Positions 24,307 through 33,819 of a stretch of 64,000 nt of DNA are shown piece after piece (within the stretch, counting starts at the first letter, position 1; every line of letters starts with the position of its first letter). This DNA comes from an uncultured Verrucomicrobiae bacterium (GTDB lineage: Bacteria > Verrucomicrobiota > Verrucomicrobiia > Chthoniobacterales > JAATET01), in assembly GCA_963719495.1 (NCBI GenBank), contig CAVRCI010000001.1:64001-128000 (forward strand), in the 5' to 3' direction. The translations under genes were made by a program, and so were the position numbers. The notes beneath the pieces were generated by a model. The model did no database searches. It was not told the origin of the DNA and saw nothing but the letters and a program-made list of their open reading frames with translations.

Positions 24307-24648
24307 TCACATATCACGCTCGGCTTTCACCAGACCCAGCGACTGACCGAACACGACGCGCGCCCGGTCCAGCAATTCGCCCGCCCCGGCGACCGATCCG
24401 TCCCGCGCGTCGCTCTCGATCTTCGCCATCAACGACGTGAAGCCGATGAACCCAAAGTTCGCGGCGCTTCCCTTCGCCTGATGCGCCGCCCGGGACGCCG
24501 CGTTGGCGTCCGCCGCGTCGATCCCGGCCTGAACTTCGTCAAGAATTCGCGGCAAATCCTGCTCGAAATCGCGGTAAATTTCCACGAAGTCCTCCGTGTA
24601 GCCATCGGCGATCATATCGAGCTGCTCGAAATCGACTGGTGCATCCAT
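24307..24648 (-). CDS. stand-alone Hpt (histidine phosphotransfer) domain protein
   Basis: AAHQAKGSAANFG motif; start moved to ATG 24648. Confidence 0.85.
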   Translation of the reverse strand: MDAPVDFEQLDMIADGYTEDFVEIYRDFEQDLPRILDEVQAGIDAADANAASRAAHQAKGSAANFGFIGFTSLMAKIESDARDGSVAGAGELLDRARVVFGQSLGLVKAERDM

Positions 24649-24729
24649 TTGTCCAGCTTGCGACGAAGATCCGGGGCCGTAAAGGCTAATGGCGAGAAAC
24701 GGCAATAGCGATTTTGCCGACGCGAAATC

Positions 24730-25320
24730 TCACGCCAAGGGCCAGCGGAAATCACCCTTCAACTCGACCCCGACCGCCAGCCGCCGCTCGTATTCGGCCC
24801 GCGGAATCTCCACCGCCCCGAATCCCACCAGATGCGGAGTCGTCCATTGAATGTCCAAAAGCTGAAACCCACCCGCCGTCAAAATCCGCATCAGCGAAGC
24901 AAGCGCGACCTTCGAGGCCCCACCGAACCGCGAAAACATCGACTCGCCGAAAAACACTCCGCCCAGCGAGACTCCGTAAAGCCCCCCAGCCAGCTCCCCA
25001 TCGCGCCACACCTCCACGGAATGCGCGTGCCCGATCTCGAAAAGCCGCCCGTAACTCCCCACGATCACGTCGTCGATCCAAGTCTCGTCCCGCTCGCCGC
25101 AAGCCCGCATCACACCTTCGAACTCCGTGTCGATCCGCACCTCCCACGCCGGATCCCGCAGCGTCTTCCGCGCTCCGTGCGGCACCCGAAACCCATCCAA
25201 CGGCAGAATCCCCCGCGGATCCGGCGCGTACCACCGGATGTCCCCCGGCCCCATCGCCATGGGAAAAATCCCCGTTCGGTAAGCCAACAGCAGGGTCTCA
25301 ACAGGAATCAGCATTGCCAT
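24730..25320 (-). CDS. aat: leucyl/phenylalanyl-tRNA--protein transferase
   Basis: LLLAYRTGIFPM, AHSVEVW..GELAGGLYGV..GGVFFGESMFSR, ASKVAL. Confidence 0.95.
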   Translation of the reverse strand: MAMLIPVETLLLAYRTGIFPMAMGPGDIRWYAPDPRGILPLDGFRVPHGARKTLRDPAWEVRIDTEFEGVMRACGERDETWIDDVIVGSYGRLFEIGHAHSVEVWRDGELAGGLYGVSLGGVFFGESMFSRFGGASKVALASLMRILTAGGFQLLDIQWTTPHLVGFGAVEIPRAEYERRLAVGVELKGDFRWPLA

Positions 25321-25347
25321 GTCAGTCGTCTCCACTATGCTGCCGCG

Positions 25348-25524
25348 GTGAAAATTGTCTCCATCCTTTGCGCGATTTCTGCCGCGATCCTCTGCGGCGG
25401 CTGCGCCCTCTCCGAGACCTCCGCCGACGATGTGGGCGAGCAGTTCCAGGACGGCATCCAGGGCCGCGGCCGCATCGTTCCGAACGACCCGACAAACGAC
25501 GGCTTCGGCAACGAGTATCAGTAA
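25348..25524 (+). CDS. small lipoprotein (58 aa), not called separately in the ORF track
   Basis: GTG start; [19 protein letters not shown] lipobox; TATGCT 6 nt upstream. Confidence 0.65.
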   Translation: MKIVSILCAISAAILCGGCALSETSADDVGEQFQDGIQGRGRIVPNDPTNDGFGNEYQ

Positions 25525-25531
25525 GCGCAAG

Positions 25532-27118
25532 GTGTCCGACCCCACTCCGCCCACCCCCCGCGTCAGCGGGATCGTGATCCTGGATTTCGGTTCCCAATAC
25601 ACCCAGGTCATCGCGCGCCGAGTCCGCGAGTGCTCCGTTTATTCGGAGATCCTCCCGCACGACACCAAGGCCTCCGCCATCGCCAAGCTCGGTGCCCGCG
25701 GCATCATCCTCTCCGGCGGTCCCGCCAGCGTTTACGCCAAGAACGCGCCCAAGCTCGACCGTAAAATCTTCGACCTCGGCCTACCCGTCCTCGGCATCTG
25801 CTACGGCATGCAGCTCATCGCCCACAACCTCGGCGGCAAAGTCGAACGCTCCACCCACCGCGAATACGGCCCCGGGACCCTTCGTGTCACCTCTCAAACC
25901 AAGCTCTTCGCCGATCTCCCGAAGGATCTCGAAGTCTGGAACTCCCACGGCGATCGCCTCACCGCCCTCCCGCCCGGCTTCAAACCCCTCGGGCGCACGG
26001 AAAATTCCCCCCACGCTGTCATCGGCGACACCAAGCGCAGGATCTTTGGCCTCCAATTCCACCCCGAAGTCGTTCACACCCCGCGCGGTAAGGAGATCGT
26101 CGCCAATTTCGTGCACCGCGTCTGCGGCTGCCCCGCCGACTGGACCATGGGCTCGTTCATCGAGACCACCTGCGAACAAATCCGCGCCCAAGTCGGCGAA
26201 GACCGCGTGATCCTCGGCCTCAGCGGCGGCGTCGATTCGTCCGTCGCCGCCGCCCTCCTCCACCAAGCCATCGGCGACCAGCTCACCTGCATCTTTGTCG
26301 ACAACGGCCTCGTCCGCGCGAAGGAAACCGAGTCGGTGAAAAAACTCTTCGCTGGCCACTTCAAGATCAACCTCAAGGTCATCGACGCGTCGTCCCGCTT
26401 CCTCACCAAGCTCAAGGGCGTCACCGACCCCGAGCGCAAACGCAAGATCATCGGCAATGAATTCATCAAGGTCTTCGAGCAGGCCGCCCGCGATCTGAAA
26501 AAAGCCGTCAAAGGCAAACACGGCTACAAATTCCTCGGCCAGGGCACGCTCTACCCCGACGTCATCGAATCCGTCGCGATCGCCGGCAACCCCGCCGCCC
26601 TCATCAAATCCCACCACAACGTCGGCGGCCTCCCCGAGCGCATGAAATTCCAACTCGTCGAGCCGCTCCGCCAGCTCTTCAAAGACGAAGTCCGCCAGGT
26701 CGGGCGCGAACTCGGCCTCCCCGAATCGCTCGTCGGCCGCCAACCCTTCCCCGGCCCCGGCCTCGCCGTCCGCATCCTCGGCGAGATCACCCCCGAGCGC
26801 CTCCGCATCGTCCGCGAAGCCGACACCATCGTCCTCGAGGAAATGAAGTCCTCCGGCTGGTATGGCAAAGTCTGGCAATCCTTCGCCGTCCTCCTTCCCG
26901 TCCGCAGCGTCGGCGTCATGGGCGACGAACGCACCTACGACTACACCATCGCGCTCCGCGTCGTGGACAGCCAGGACGGCATGACCGCCAACTGGGTCCG
27001 CCTCCCCTACGAATTACTCGGAAAAATCTCCACCCGGGTCATCAACGAAGTCAACGGAGTGAACCGAGTCTGCTACGACATCAGCAGCAAACCCCCCGCC
27101 ACCATCGAGTGGGAGTGA
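25532..27118 (+). CDS. guaA: GMP synthase (glutamine-hydrolysing)
   Basis: [41 protein letters not shown]. Confidence 0.98.
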   Translation: MSDPTPPTPRVSGIVILDFGSQYTQVIARRVRECSVYSEILPHDTKASAIAKLGARGIILSGGPASVYAKNAPKLDRKIFDLGLPVLGICYGMQLIAHNLGGKVERSTHREYGPGTLRVTSQTKLFADLPKDLEVWNSHGDRLTALPPGFKPLGRTENSPHAVIGDTKRRIFGLQFHPEVVHTPRGKEIVANFVHRVCGCPADWTMGSFIETTCEQIRAQVGEDRVILGLSGGVDSSVAAALLHQAIGDQLTCIFVDNGLVRAKETESVKKLFAGHFKINLKVIDASSRFLTKLKGVTDPERKRKIIGNEFIKVFEQAARDLKKAVKGKHGYKFLGQGTLYPDVIESVAIAGNPAALIKSHHNVGGLPERMKFQLVEPLRQLFKDEVRQVGRELGLPESLVGRQPFPGPGLAVRILGEITPERLRIVREADTIVLEEMKSSGWYGKVWQSFAVLLPVRSVGVMGDERTYDYTIALRVVDSQDGMTANWVRLPYELLGKISTRVINEVNGVNRVCYDISSKPPATIEWE

Positions 27119-27122
27119 GGAA

Positions 27123-27195
27123 GGGGAGCGCGGGCTTCCAGCCCGCCGTCCCGAGCTTCCAGCTCGGGACCTCGTAACCAACGGCGAAGCCGCAA
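27123..27195 (+). repeat. REP-like element family C
   Basis: GGGGAGCGCGGGCTTCCAGCCCGC and GTCCCGAGCTTCCAGCTCGGGAC hairpins just after the guaA stop. Confidence 0.8.
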
Positions 27196-27204
27196 ACCCC
27201 GCAC

Positions 27205-27729
27205 CTAATCCTCCGGCGGCTCCCGCCCCTGCGAAGCAAACAACCGCCGCAGAAAGTCGATGTCCCCTTGATCCTTCGGTCGATTCGCCCGCCGCTTCAT
27301 CCGCCAGAGCAACTCCGGACTCGCGAACGGAATCGCCACACCATCCAGCTCCCGCACCACCACGCTCTTCGAAGCCTCCGCGTAATCGATCCCGGAAGCC
27401 TTCGCCATCAAATCGACAAGAATTTCATCCGCGACCCGCACGACGATGTGTTTGGCCACCTCCCCGGGCTCCAACTCGCGAACGCACCCGTCCGGCAAAG
27501 TCGCCAACGCGTCGAAGACCAGAGCTTCATTTCTGAGGTCTGCGTCGACCACCAGATCGACGTCTTTGGTAGGACGATCGTATCCAACGGCTCGAATCGC
27601 AAAGCCACCAACGACGAGATAGGAAGCCCCTCGAGCATTCAACTCCCGGCAGAGGCTCACAAGATCCTCCAAAGAAGGATCGCGGGAAGTCAGTTCGCCG
27701 GTTTCGGGATCAAACGGTCCATCAGCCAT
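27205..27729 (-). CDS. minimal nucleotidyltransferase-like protein
   Basis: YLVVGGFA...RPTKDVDLVV Pol-beta NTase motif; C-terminal RPKDQGD. Confidence 0.8.
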   Translation of the reverse strand: MADGPFDPETGELTSRDPSLEDLVSLCRELNARGASYLVVGGFAIRAVGYDRPTKDVDLVVDADLRNEALVFDALATLPDGCVRELEPGEVAKHIVVRVADEILVDLMAKASGIDYAEASKSVVVRELDGVAIPFASPELLWRMKRRANRPKDQGDIDFLRRLFASQGREPPED

Positions 27730-27908
27730 TGGTCTGCCTCCTCGAACGAATTGAACCGATAAACCCCACGCGGCGCGCGCGCGCCATGACCCGCTTTCCA
27801 CCAGCTGACTTTTGCCGCGGTTTCCTGCGGCGAGACGCGGAGCGGGTCACAAACTCGCCGACCGACCGTCTTGCCGATCGGATCATCAAGATTGAAAATC
27901 GCGTCCAC
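27690..27908 (-). CDS. small hypothetical protein, putative partner of the nucleotidyltransferase
   Basis: 72 aa with PRGVYRFNSFEEADQW; overlaps NTase start; TAGGAT 6 nt upstream of GTG. Confidence 0.65.
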   Translation of the reverse strand: MDAIFNLDDPIGKTVGRRVCDPLRVSPQETAAKVSWWKAGHGARAPRGVYRFNSFEEADQWLMDRLIPKPAN

Positions 27909-27980
27909 TTCTGAATCCTACGCACCTAGACCCCAAAAACCAAATTCCAAAATCCCCCCGACCCTGCTAGTGGTAAGCCA

Positions 27981-28484
27981 ATGAGCGTGGAACGAGCCAT
28001 CTACCCCGGCAGTTTCGACCCGATCACCTTCGGCCACCTCGACATCATCGAACGCGCCCTCGCGATGTTCGACCACCTCATCGTCGCCGTCGCGGCCAGC
28101 GACTCGAAGACCCCCCTCTTCACCGTGGACGAACGCGCGGCCATGATCCGCGACTCCGTTCCCGCCGGAGCCAACGTCACCGTTCTCACCTTCGACGACC
28201 TCCTCATCAATTTTGCGCAGCGCGAGAAAACCTTCACCGTCATCCGCGGCCTCCGAGCCGTCTCCGACTTCGAGTTCGAATTCCAAATGGCGCTCATGAA
28301 CCGCCGCCTCGACGCCCGGCTCGAAACCGTCTTCCTCACCCCGAAAGAAGACTGCACCTTCATCAGCTCCCGCATCGTAAAGGAAGTCGCCCGGCTCGGC
28401 GGAGACGTCTCCGCGTTCGTCCCCACCTCCGTCGCCCGCACCCTCCAAGCCCGCGCCGGAAAATCACCAACCGCCACCTCATGA
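27981..28484 (+). CDS. coaD: phosphopantetheine adenylyltransferase
   Basis: AIYPGSFDPITFGHLDII, IRGLRAVSDFEFE, ISSRIVKEVA. Confidence 0.98.
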   Translation: MSVERAIYPGSFDPITFGHLDIIERALAMFDHLIVAVAASDSKTPLFTVDERAAMIRDSVPAGANVTVLTFDDLLINFAQREKTFTVIRGLRAVSDFEFEFQMALMNRRLDARLETVFLTPKEDCTFISSRIVKEVARLGGDVSAFVPTSVARTLQARAGKSPTATS

Positions 28485-28954
28485 TCACCCGACTCCAGGC
28501 CCACCGTGCCCAGATTCCCCACGACGGCGCGCTCCACATCGACGGCGACCTCGACCCCGCCATCCTCGATCTCGACGCGACCGAATGGACCGCCACTTCG
28601 CCCATCCGCTTCTCCGTCGACGTCACCATCTCCGACGGCGACATCTACGCCCTCGGCTACACCGCGATCGACATCGAATCCCGCTGCGTCAAGTGCCTCG
28701 AAGACTTCGCGACCAGCCTCGAAATCCCCGATCTGGCCCTTCACCAGGAAGCCGACGGACGTGAACTCGTGGACTTGACCGACACCCTCCGCGAGGATAT
28801 TCTCCTCCTCTTACCCTCGCATCCCAGATGTGATGTCGATGGTAATCGCGAATGTCCCGCCACGTTCCGCACCGCACCGCAGGCACCGCTCGCCAATGAG
28901 CCGGCTCCCCGGTCCGACGCCTGGAACGTGCTGGACGAGTTCAAATCCAAGTAA
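28481..28954 (+). CDS. yceD: YceD/DUF177 family protein
   Basis: CVKCL, LREDILLLLP; canonical position upstream of rpmF. Confidence 0.85.
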   Translation: MITRLQAHRAQIPHDGALHIDGDLDPAILDLDATEWTATSPIRFSVDVTISDGDIYALGYTAIDIESRCVKCLEDFATSLEIPDLALHQEADGRELVDLTDTLREDILLLLPSHPRCDVDGNRECPATFRTAPQAPLANEPAPRSDAWNVLDEFKSK

Positions 28955-28984
28955 CCAACAACCCGGCCCGCAAGGCCCGATCCC

Positions 28985-29167
28985 ATGGCAGTCCCGAAAC
29001 GCAAAGTCTCCAAAATGAAGCTGCGCAGCCGCAAGGCCGCGAACCGCTGGCACGCCCCGCAGCTCAGCAAGTGCACCCAGTGCGCCGCCCCCGTCCTCTC
29101 CCACATCGCCTGCCCCTCCTGCGGTTACTACAAGGGCCGCCAGGTTTTGACGATCGACGCGCTCTGA
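28985..29167 (+). CDS. rpmF: 50S ribosomal protein L32 (Zn-binding CxxC/CxxC form)
   Basis: MAVPKRKVSK...CTQC...HIACPSCGYYKGRQV. Confidence 0.98.
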   Translation: MAVPKRKVSKMKLRSRKAANRWHAPQLSKCTQCAAPVLSHIACPSCGYYKGRQVLTIDAL

Positions 29168-29180
29168 GTTGAGCCGGCCT

Positions 29181-29440
29181 GTGATTGGTGGCTGGTGAAT
29201 GGTGATTAGTGGAATGCGCCCACTAGCCGGCAACGGCGCTGGGGAACGCACGCGTCCCGCGTGCGAGATGCGGCGTCCCGCCGCATCACCCCGGCAATTC
29301 GAGCGAAGCGAGAGAGCCGTCCGCATCCCACCAATGCCTCGCTCGCTCCCGCTCGTCTCGCCCTTCGGGTCCCGCAGAGCCGGGAGCTGCCCCGAGCCTT
29401 CCCAGGCTCCGGTGCTCACCATTCACCCCTCACCAATCAC
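29181..29440 (+). repeat. inverted heptamer-array arms enclosing a family A REP cluster
   Basis: 29181-29205 and 29416-29440 are reverse complements at 22/25; REP module from 29241. Confidence 0.8.
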
Positions 29441-29449
29441 GCAACCCAA

Positions 29450-30481
29450 ATGAGAGTCGCCCTCGACGCCATGGGCGGCGACCACGCCCCGCGCAATACC
29501 ATCGAGGGCGCCGTCATGGCCCTCCGCGAGTTTCCGAAGCTCGAGACCATTTTTCTAACCGGCGACAAAACCGCCGTCGAAGCGGAGATCGCCCGCACCG
29601 GCTGCACCGACAAGCGGCTCAAAGTCGTCCACACCACGCAGGTCGTGGAAATGTCCGACCACCCCGTCGAAGCCGTCCGCCGCAAGAAGGACAGCTCCCT
29701 TTCCCGAGCCGTCGACCTCGTCAAATCCGGCGACGCCGACGCCGTCGTCTCCGCCGGCAACACCGGAGCCATGGTCGCCGCGACCACCATCAAGCTCCGC
29801 ACCCTCGAAGGCGTCGAACGCCCCGGCATCGGATCCTACCTCCCGACCGAATCCAACGTCTGCATCCTCATCGACGCCGGCGCCAACGTCGACGCCCGCC
29901 CCATTCACATGCTCCAATATGCGATCATGGGATCGGTCCTTTCTAAGCACGTTCTCGGCTTCGACAACCCGAGCGTCGGCCTCATGTCCATCGGGAGCGA
30001 GGATGCCAAGGGCAACGAATTCACCAAGGAAATCTTCAAGCTTCTCCGCAAAAGCTCGCTCAACTTCCGCGGCAACGTCGAAGGCCACGACCTCTTTCAA
30101 AATCCCGTCGAAGTCGTCCTCTGCGACGGCTTCACCGGCAACGTCGTCCTCAAGACCTGCGAGGCCACCGCATCCGCCGTCTTCCGCTGGCTCAAGCACG
30201 AGCTCATGGCCAATCCAATGCGCAAGATCGGAGCCGTTCTCGCCAAGGACGCCTTCATGGCCATCCGCGACAAAACAAATTACGAAACCTACGGCGGCAG
30301 CCCCCTCGTCGGAGTCGACGGCGTCGCCATCATCGCCCACGGATCCAGCACGGCCCTTGCCATCAAAAACGCGATTCGCGTAGGGTGCGAGTTCGTCGAT
30401 CGGAAGATCAACCCTCGCATCATCGAGGCCATTAAAGAGTTTAATGAAAAAGTCTCCTCGGACCCGGACCCAGCAGCCTAA
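29450..30481 (+). CDS. plsX: phosphate acyltransferase
   Basis: MRVALDAMGGDHAP, SAGNTGA, DAGANVD, CDGFTGNVVLK. Confidence 0.97.
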   Translation: MRVALDAMGGDHAPRNTIEGAVMALREFPKLETIFLTGDKTAVEAEIARTGCTDKRLKVVHTTQVVEMSDHPVEAVRRKKDSSLSRAVDLVKSGDADAVVSAGNTGAMVAATTIKLRTLEGVERPGIGSYLPTESNVCILIDAGANVDARPIHMLQYAIMGSVLSKHVLGFDNPSVGLMSIGSEDAKGNEFTKEIFKLLRKSSLNFRGNVEGHDLFQNPVEVVLCDGFTGNVVLKTCEATASAVFRWLKHELMANPMRKIGAVLAKDAFMAIRDKTNYETYGGSPLVGVDGVAIIAHGSSTALAIKNAIRVGCEFVDRKINPRIIEAIKEFNEKVSSDPDPAA

Positions 30482-31460
30482 CCGCACCGTCTCCATCATC
30501 GGCACCGGCAGTTACGTCCCCGAACGCATTCTCACCAACGCCGAACTCGAAAAACTCGTCGACACCAACGACGAATGGATCACCTCCCGCACCGGGATCA
30601 AAGAGCGCCGCATCGCCGCCGAGGGCGAACACACCAGCCACCTGGCCGCCGAGGCCGCCCGCCGCGCCATGGAGCAAGCCGGCATCACCGCGAACGAGAT
30701 CGACCTCATCCTCGTCGCCACCGTCACCCCCGACACGTTCTTCCCCTCCACCGCCTGCCACGTCCAGCGCCACCTCGGGGCGAAGGAAGCCGCCTGCTTC
30801 GACGTCTCCGCCGCCTGCTCCGGATTCCTCTACGGCGTCGAAATCGCCCAGCAATTCATCGCCAACCACACCTACGAGACCATCCTCGTCATCGGCGCGG
30901 ACAAACTCTCGTCCATCATGAACTGGGAGGACCGCAACACCTGCGTCCTCTTCGGCGACGGAGCCGGAGCCGCCATCCTCCGCTACCGCGCCGGGTCCCA
31001 CGGCGTCATCACCACCTACATGGGTAGCGACGGCAATTACGGCGACATCCTCCACATGCCCGGCGGGGGCTGCGCGGTCCCGGTCACATCCGAAAACGTC
31101 GATCAACGCCTGAACACCCTTCACATGAACGGCCGCGAGACCTTCAAGCAAGCCGTTCTCTCCATGGGCCACTCCGCGCGGAAGGCCCTCGAAGCCGCCG
31201 ACCTCACCATCGACGACCTCACCTGCATCATCCCGCACCAGGCGAACATGCGCATCATCGAAGCGCTCTCGGACCGGATGAAAATCCCAATCGAGAAGTT
31301 CATGGTCAACCTCGACCGCTACGGCAACACGTCCGCCGCCGCCGTCGCCATCGCCCTCGACGAAGCCAACCGCTCGGGCCGCTTCGTCGAAGGCGACTAC
31401 ATCCTCCTCGTCGTCTTCGGCGGAGGCCTCACCTTCGCCAGCAGCGTGATTCAGTGGTAA
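30444..31460 (+). CDS. fabH: beta-ketoacyl-ACP synthase III
   Basis: WITSRTGIKERR, AACSGF, LFGDGAGA, PHQANMRI, YGNTSAA. Confidence 0.98.
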   Translation: MKKSPRTRTQQPNRTVSIIGTGSYVPERILTNAELEKLVDTNDEWITSRTGIKERRIAAEGEHTSHLAAEAARRAMEQAGITANEIDLILVATVTPDTFFPSTACHVQRHLGAKEAACFDVSAACSGFLYGVEIAQQFIANHTYETILVIGADKLSSIMNWEDRNTCVLFGDGAGAAILRYRAGSHGVITTYMGSDGNYGDILHMPGGGCAVPVTSENVDQRLNTLHMNGRETFKQAVLSMGHSARKALEAADLTIDDLTCIIPHQANMRIIEALSDRMKIPIEKFMVNLDRYGNTSAAAVAIALDEANRSGRFVEGDYILLVVFGGGLTFASSVIQW

Positions 31461-31512
31461 TCCCTCGTCCGCGACCGGCCAAACCCGGAAAGGATTGGAT
31501 TCCCTTTGGGTT

Positions 31513-31630
31513 GTAGCGGCGTGTCTATGACCGCCGCCGATTGCGCGACAATTGAAGATCCCCCTCCCGCGAGCCCACCGGCGGTCACAGACACGCCGCG
31601 GCAAAGATCAGGTCAATCGCGCAATTCGGC
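31513..31630. repeat. inverted GTAG-type REP doublet (REPIN-like) between convergent genes
   Basis: 31516-31536 and 31579-31599 are reverse complements at 20/21. Confidence 0.75.
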
Positions 31631-31672
31631 AAAACTCACCAGCATCCACCGGAGGCGAGCCAACGCCTGACC

Positions 31673-33691
31673 TCAATGCACCTCGACCGGACACTCCGGT
31701 AGCGCTTTCAAAAACTTCCGCCCATACCCCTTCGACATCACGCGGCTATCGAGGATCACCGCGATCCCCCGATCGCTCGTCGATCGAATCAGCCGCCCCA
31801 CGCCCTGCCGCAGCTTGAGAATCGCCTCCGGCAGCGAATACTCCGCGAACGCATCGCCCCCCGCCTCCTTGATCGCGTCCAGCTTCGCCTCGATCAACGG
31901 ATGATCCGGCATCGCGAACGGCAGCCGCGTCACAATCACGTTCGACAGCGCCTCGCCCGGCACGTCGACGCCACCCCAGAAACTGTCCGTCCCGAAGAGC
32001 ACGGCCTGACCCGATGCCTTGAATTCCTGCACCATCCGCGTCCGCGCCATCCCCTCACCCTGGACCAGCAGGGGCCACCCACGATCCGAAAAAAACTCCC
32101 GCATCCGGTCCGCCACCCGGTGCATCAACTGGTAGCTCGTAAACAAAACGAAAGCCCGCCCCTGCGTCTGGTCGGTAAAATGTCCGATCCACCGCTCCAG
32201 CGCCTCCTCGTAACCCGCATCCCGCGGATCCGGCATCCGCCGCACCACGTGCACCGTCATCTGTCGCTCGTAATCGAACGGACTCCCGATCTGCACCGCC
32301 TCCACCTCGTCCGCCCCCACCCGATTCCGAAAATATCCCAAATCCTCGCCACCCACCGAAAGCGTCGCGCTCGTCGTCACCGAACAAGCCCCCTCGCGAT
32401 ACAATAACCGCCGCAAGCAAGCTGCCAAATCGACCGGCGCTGCGTGCAGATTGTGCAGCGTCTCTCGCTTCCCCGTTTCCTCCACCCAATAGACGTGCCC
32501 CCGCTCGGTCTGATCCAAAAACGCCATCACCGAAGCCCGCGCCTCCCGCAACCGCCCCGCGAGATCCCCCAGCTCCGACTTCGTCACGTCGTCATCGGTC
32601 TTCGTCATCGCCACTCCGACCAGTTCGATCAACCCCGTCAACCCCTCGCACAACTCAGACCCATCGACCAAATTCGGCTCCCGCACCCGCGCCTCCCGCC
32701 CCCGTCCAAACCGGCAAGCCCGCCCCACCTCGTCGAAAAAACCATCCGCCGCCGGCAGCAAATCCATCACGGCCTGCATCCCATCCGCCCGCCCGAGCAC
32801 TTGAAACAACCCCTTCTTCGTCCGCGGATTGAACAGCCGCTGCAGCCCATTCCTTAACCCGTATTGCGAAACCGAAAACCCAATGTGCCGCGAAGCCACC
32901 CCCTCGATCGTGTGCGCTTCGTCGAAAATCGCGAAGTCGTTCGGAAACAAAAACCCGCCCCCGTCCTTCTCGTCCACCTCCCACTCCGACCCCAGCAGCG
33001 TGAAGAACAACGTGTGATTCACCACCAGCACGTCCGCCCCCTGCATCCGCCGCCGCGCCGCCTGGTAAAAACACTCCCGATTCCGCCCGCACGTTTTCTG
33101 CGTGCAAATGTTCCGCTCGCTGCAGACTTGCGACCAGATCTGCGAATCCGGCTCGACCGTGAAATCGCTCAGCGACCCATCCTTCGTCACCTTGCTCCAA
33201 TCCCGAATCCGCTCCAGCTCCGTCCGCTGCACCGTGGTGAAAAGCCCATCCGCGTGCCGCAGCGCCCGGTCGAGCCGCGTCCCGCACAAATAATTCTGCC
33301 GCCCCTTCATCAGCGCCGCCTCGAATTCCACCGGCAGGATCTCGCGCACCGCCGGGATGTCTTTGAAAACCAGCTGCTCCTGCAGATTGATCGTGTGCGT
33401 CGAGATCACCGCCTTCCGCTTGTGCCGCACCGCAAAAAGGATCGCCGGGATCAGGTAAGCGAGCGATTTGCCCACCCCCGTCCCCGCCTCGATCACCACG
33501 TGTCCGCCGGCATCCAACGTCCGCGCCACCGCGCACGCCATCGCCTGCTGCTCCCGCCGCCACTCGAATCCCGGGCGCTTCGACAATGCCCCCGTCGCCG
33601 AAAAAATCTCCGCCACCTCGCTCTCGAAAGCCCGAGCCCCAGTCCCGCCCCCTTCCACCAGCGAAATCAAAGCGTCGTCTCCCCCGGCCAA
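31673..33691 (-). CDS. DinG/YoaA family ATP-dependent helicase (start uncertain)
   Basis: EAGTGVGKSLAYL, STHTINLQEQL, DEAH, FWGGVDVPG, QGVGRLIR; Cys residues consistent with an Fe-S domain. Confidence 0.93.
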   Translation of the reverse strand: MAGGDDALISLVEGGGTGARAFESEVAEIFSATGALSKRPGFEWRREQQAMACAVARTLDAGGHVVIEAGTGVGKSLAYLIPAILFAVRHKRKAVISTHTINLQEQLVFKDIPAVREILPVEFEAALMKGRQNYLCGTRLDRALRHADGLFTTVQRTELERIRDWSKVTKDGSLSDFTVEPDSQIWSQVCSERNICTQKTCGRNRECFYQAARRRMQGADVLVVNHTLFFTLLGSEWEVDEKDGGGFLFPNDFAIFDEAHTIEGVASRHIGFSVSQYGLRNGLQRLFNPRTKKGLFQVLGRADGMQAVMDLLPAADGFFDEVGRACRFGRGREARVREPNLVDGSELCEGLTGLIELVGVAMTKTDDDVTKSELGDLAGRLREARASVMAFLDQTERGHVYWVEETGKRETLHNLHAAPVDLAACLRRLLYREGACSVTTSATLSVGGEDLGYFRNRVGADEVEAVQIGSPFDYERQMTVHVVRRMPDPRDAGYEEALERWIGHFTDQTQGRAFVLFTSYQLMHRVADRMREFFSDRGWPLLVQGEGMARTRMVQEFKASGQAVLFGTDSFWGGVDVPGEALSNVIVTRLPFAMPDHPLIEAKLDAIKEAGGDAFAEYSLPEAILKLRQGVGRLIRSTSDRGIAVILDSRVMSKGYGRKFLKALPECPVEVH

Positions 33692-33819
33692 ACCGACCCG
33701 CCATCCCGCGTCCCAAAATCAGCATTGCCCCGCATCGCCAACGCGCGAATAGTCCTCCACCCGCGCCCCGCCGCCCGAGAGGCCAATCTTAAATCGTAAA
33801 TCATCAATCGTAAATTTCC

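Noticed and set aside
27118..27980. Prophage or genomic island at guaA
   Set aside because: Under 1 kb, with no integrase and no duplicated guaA 3' end visible.
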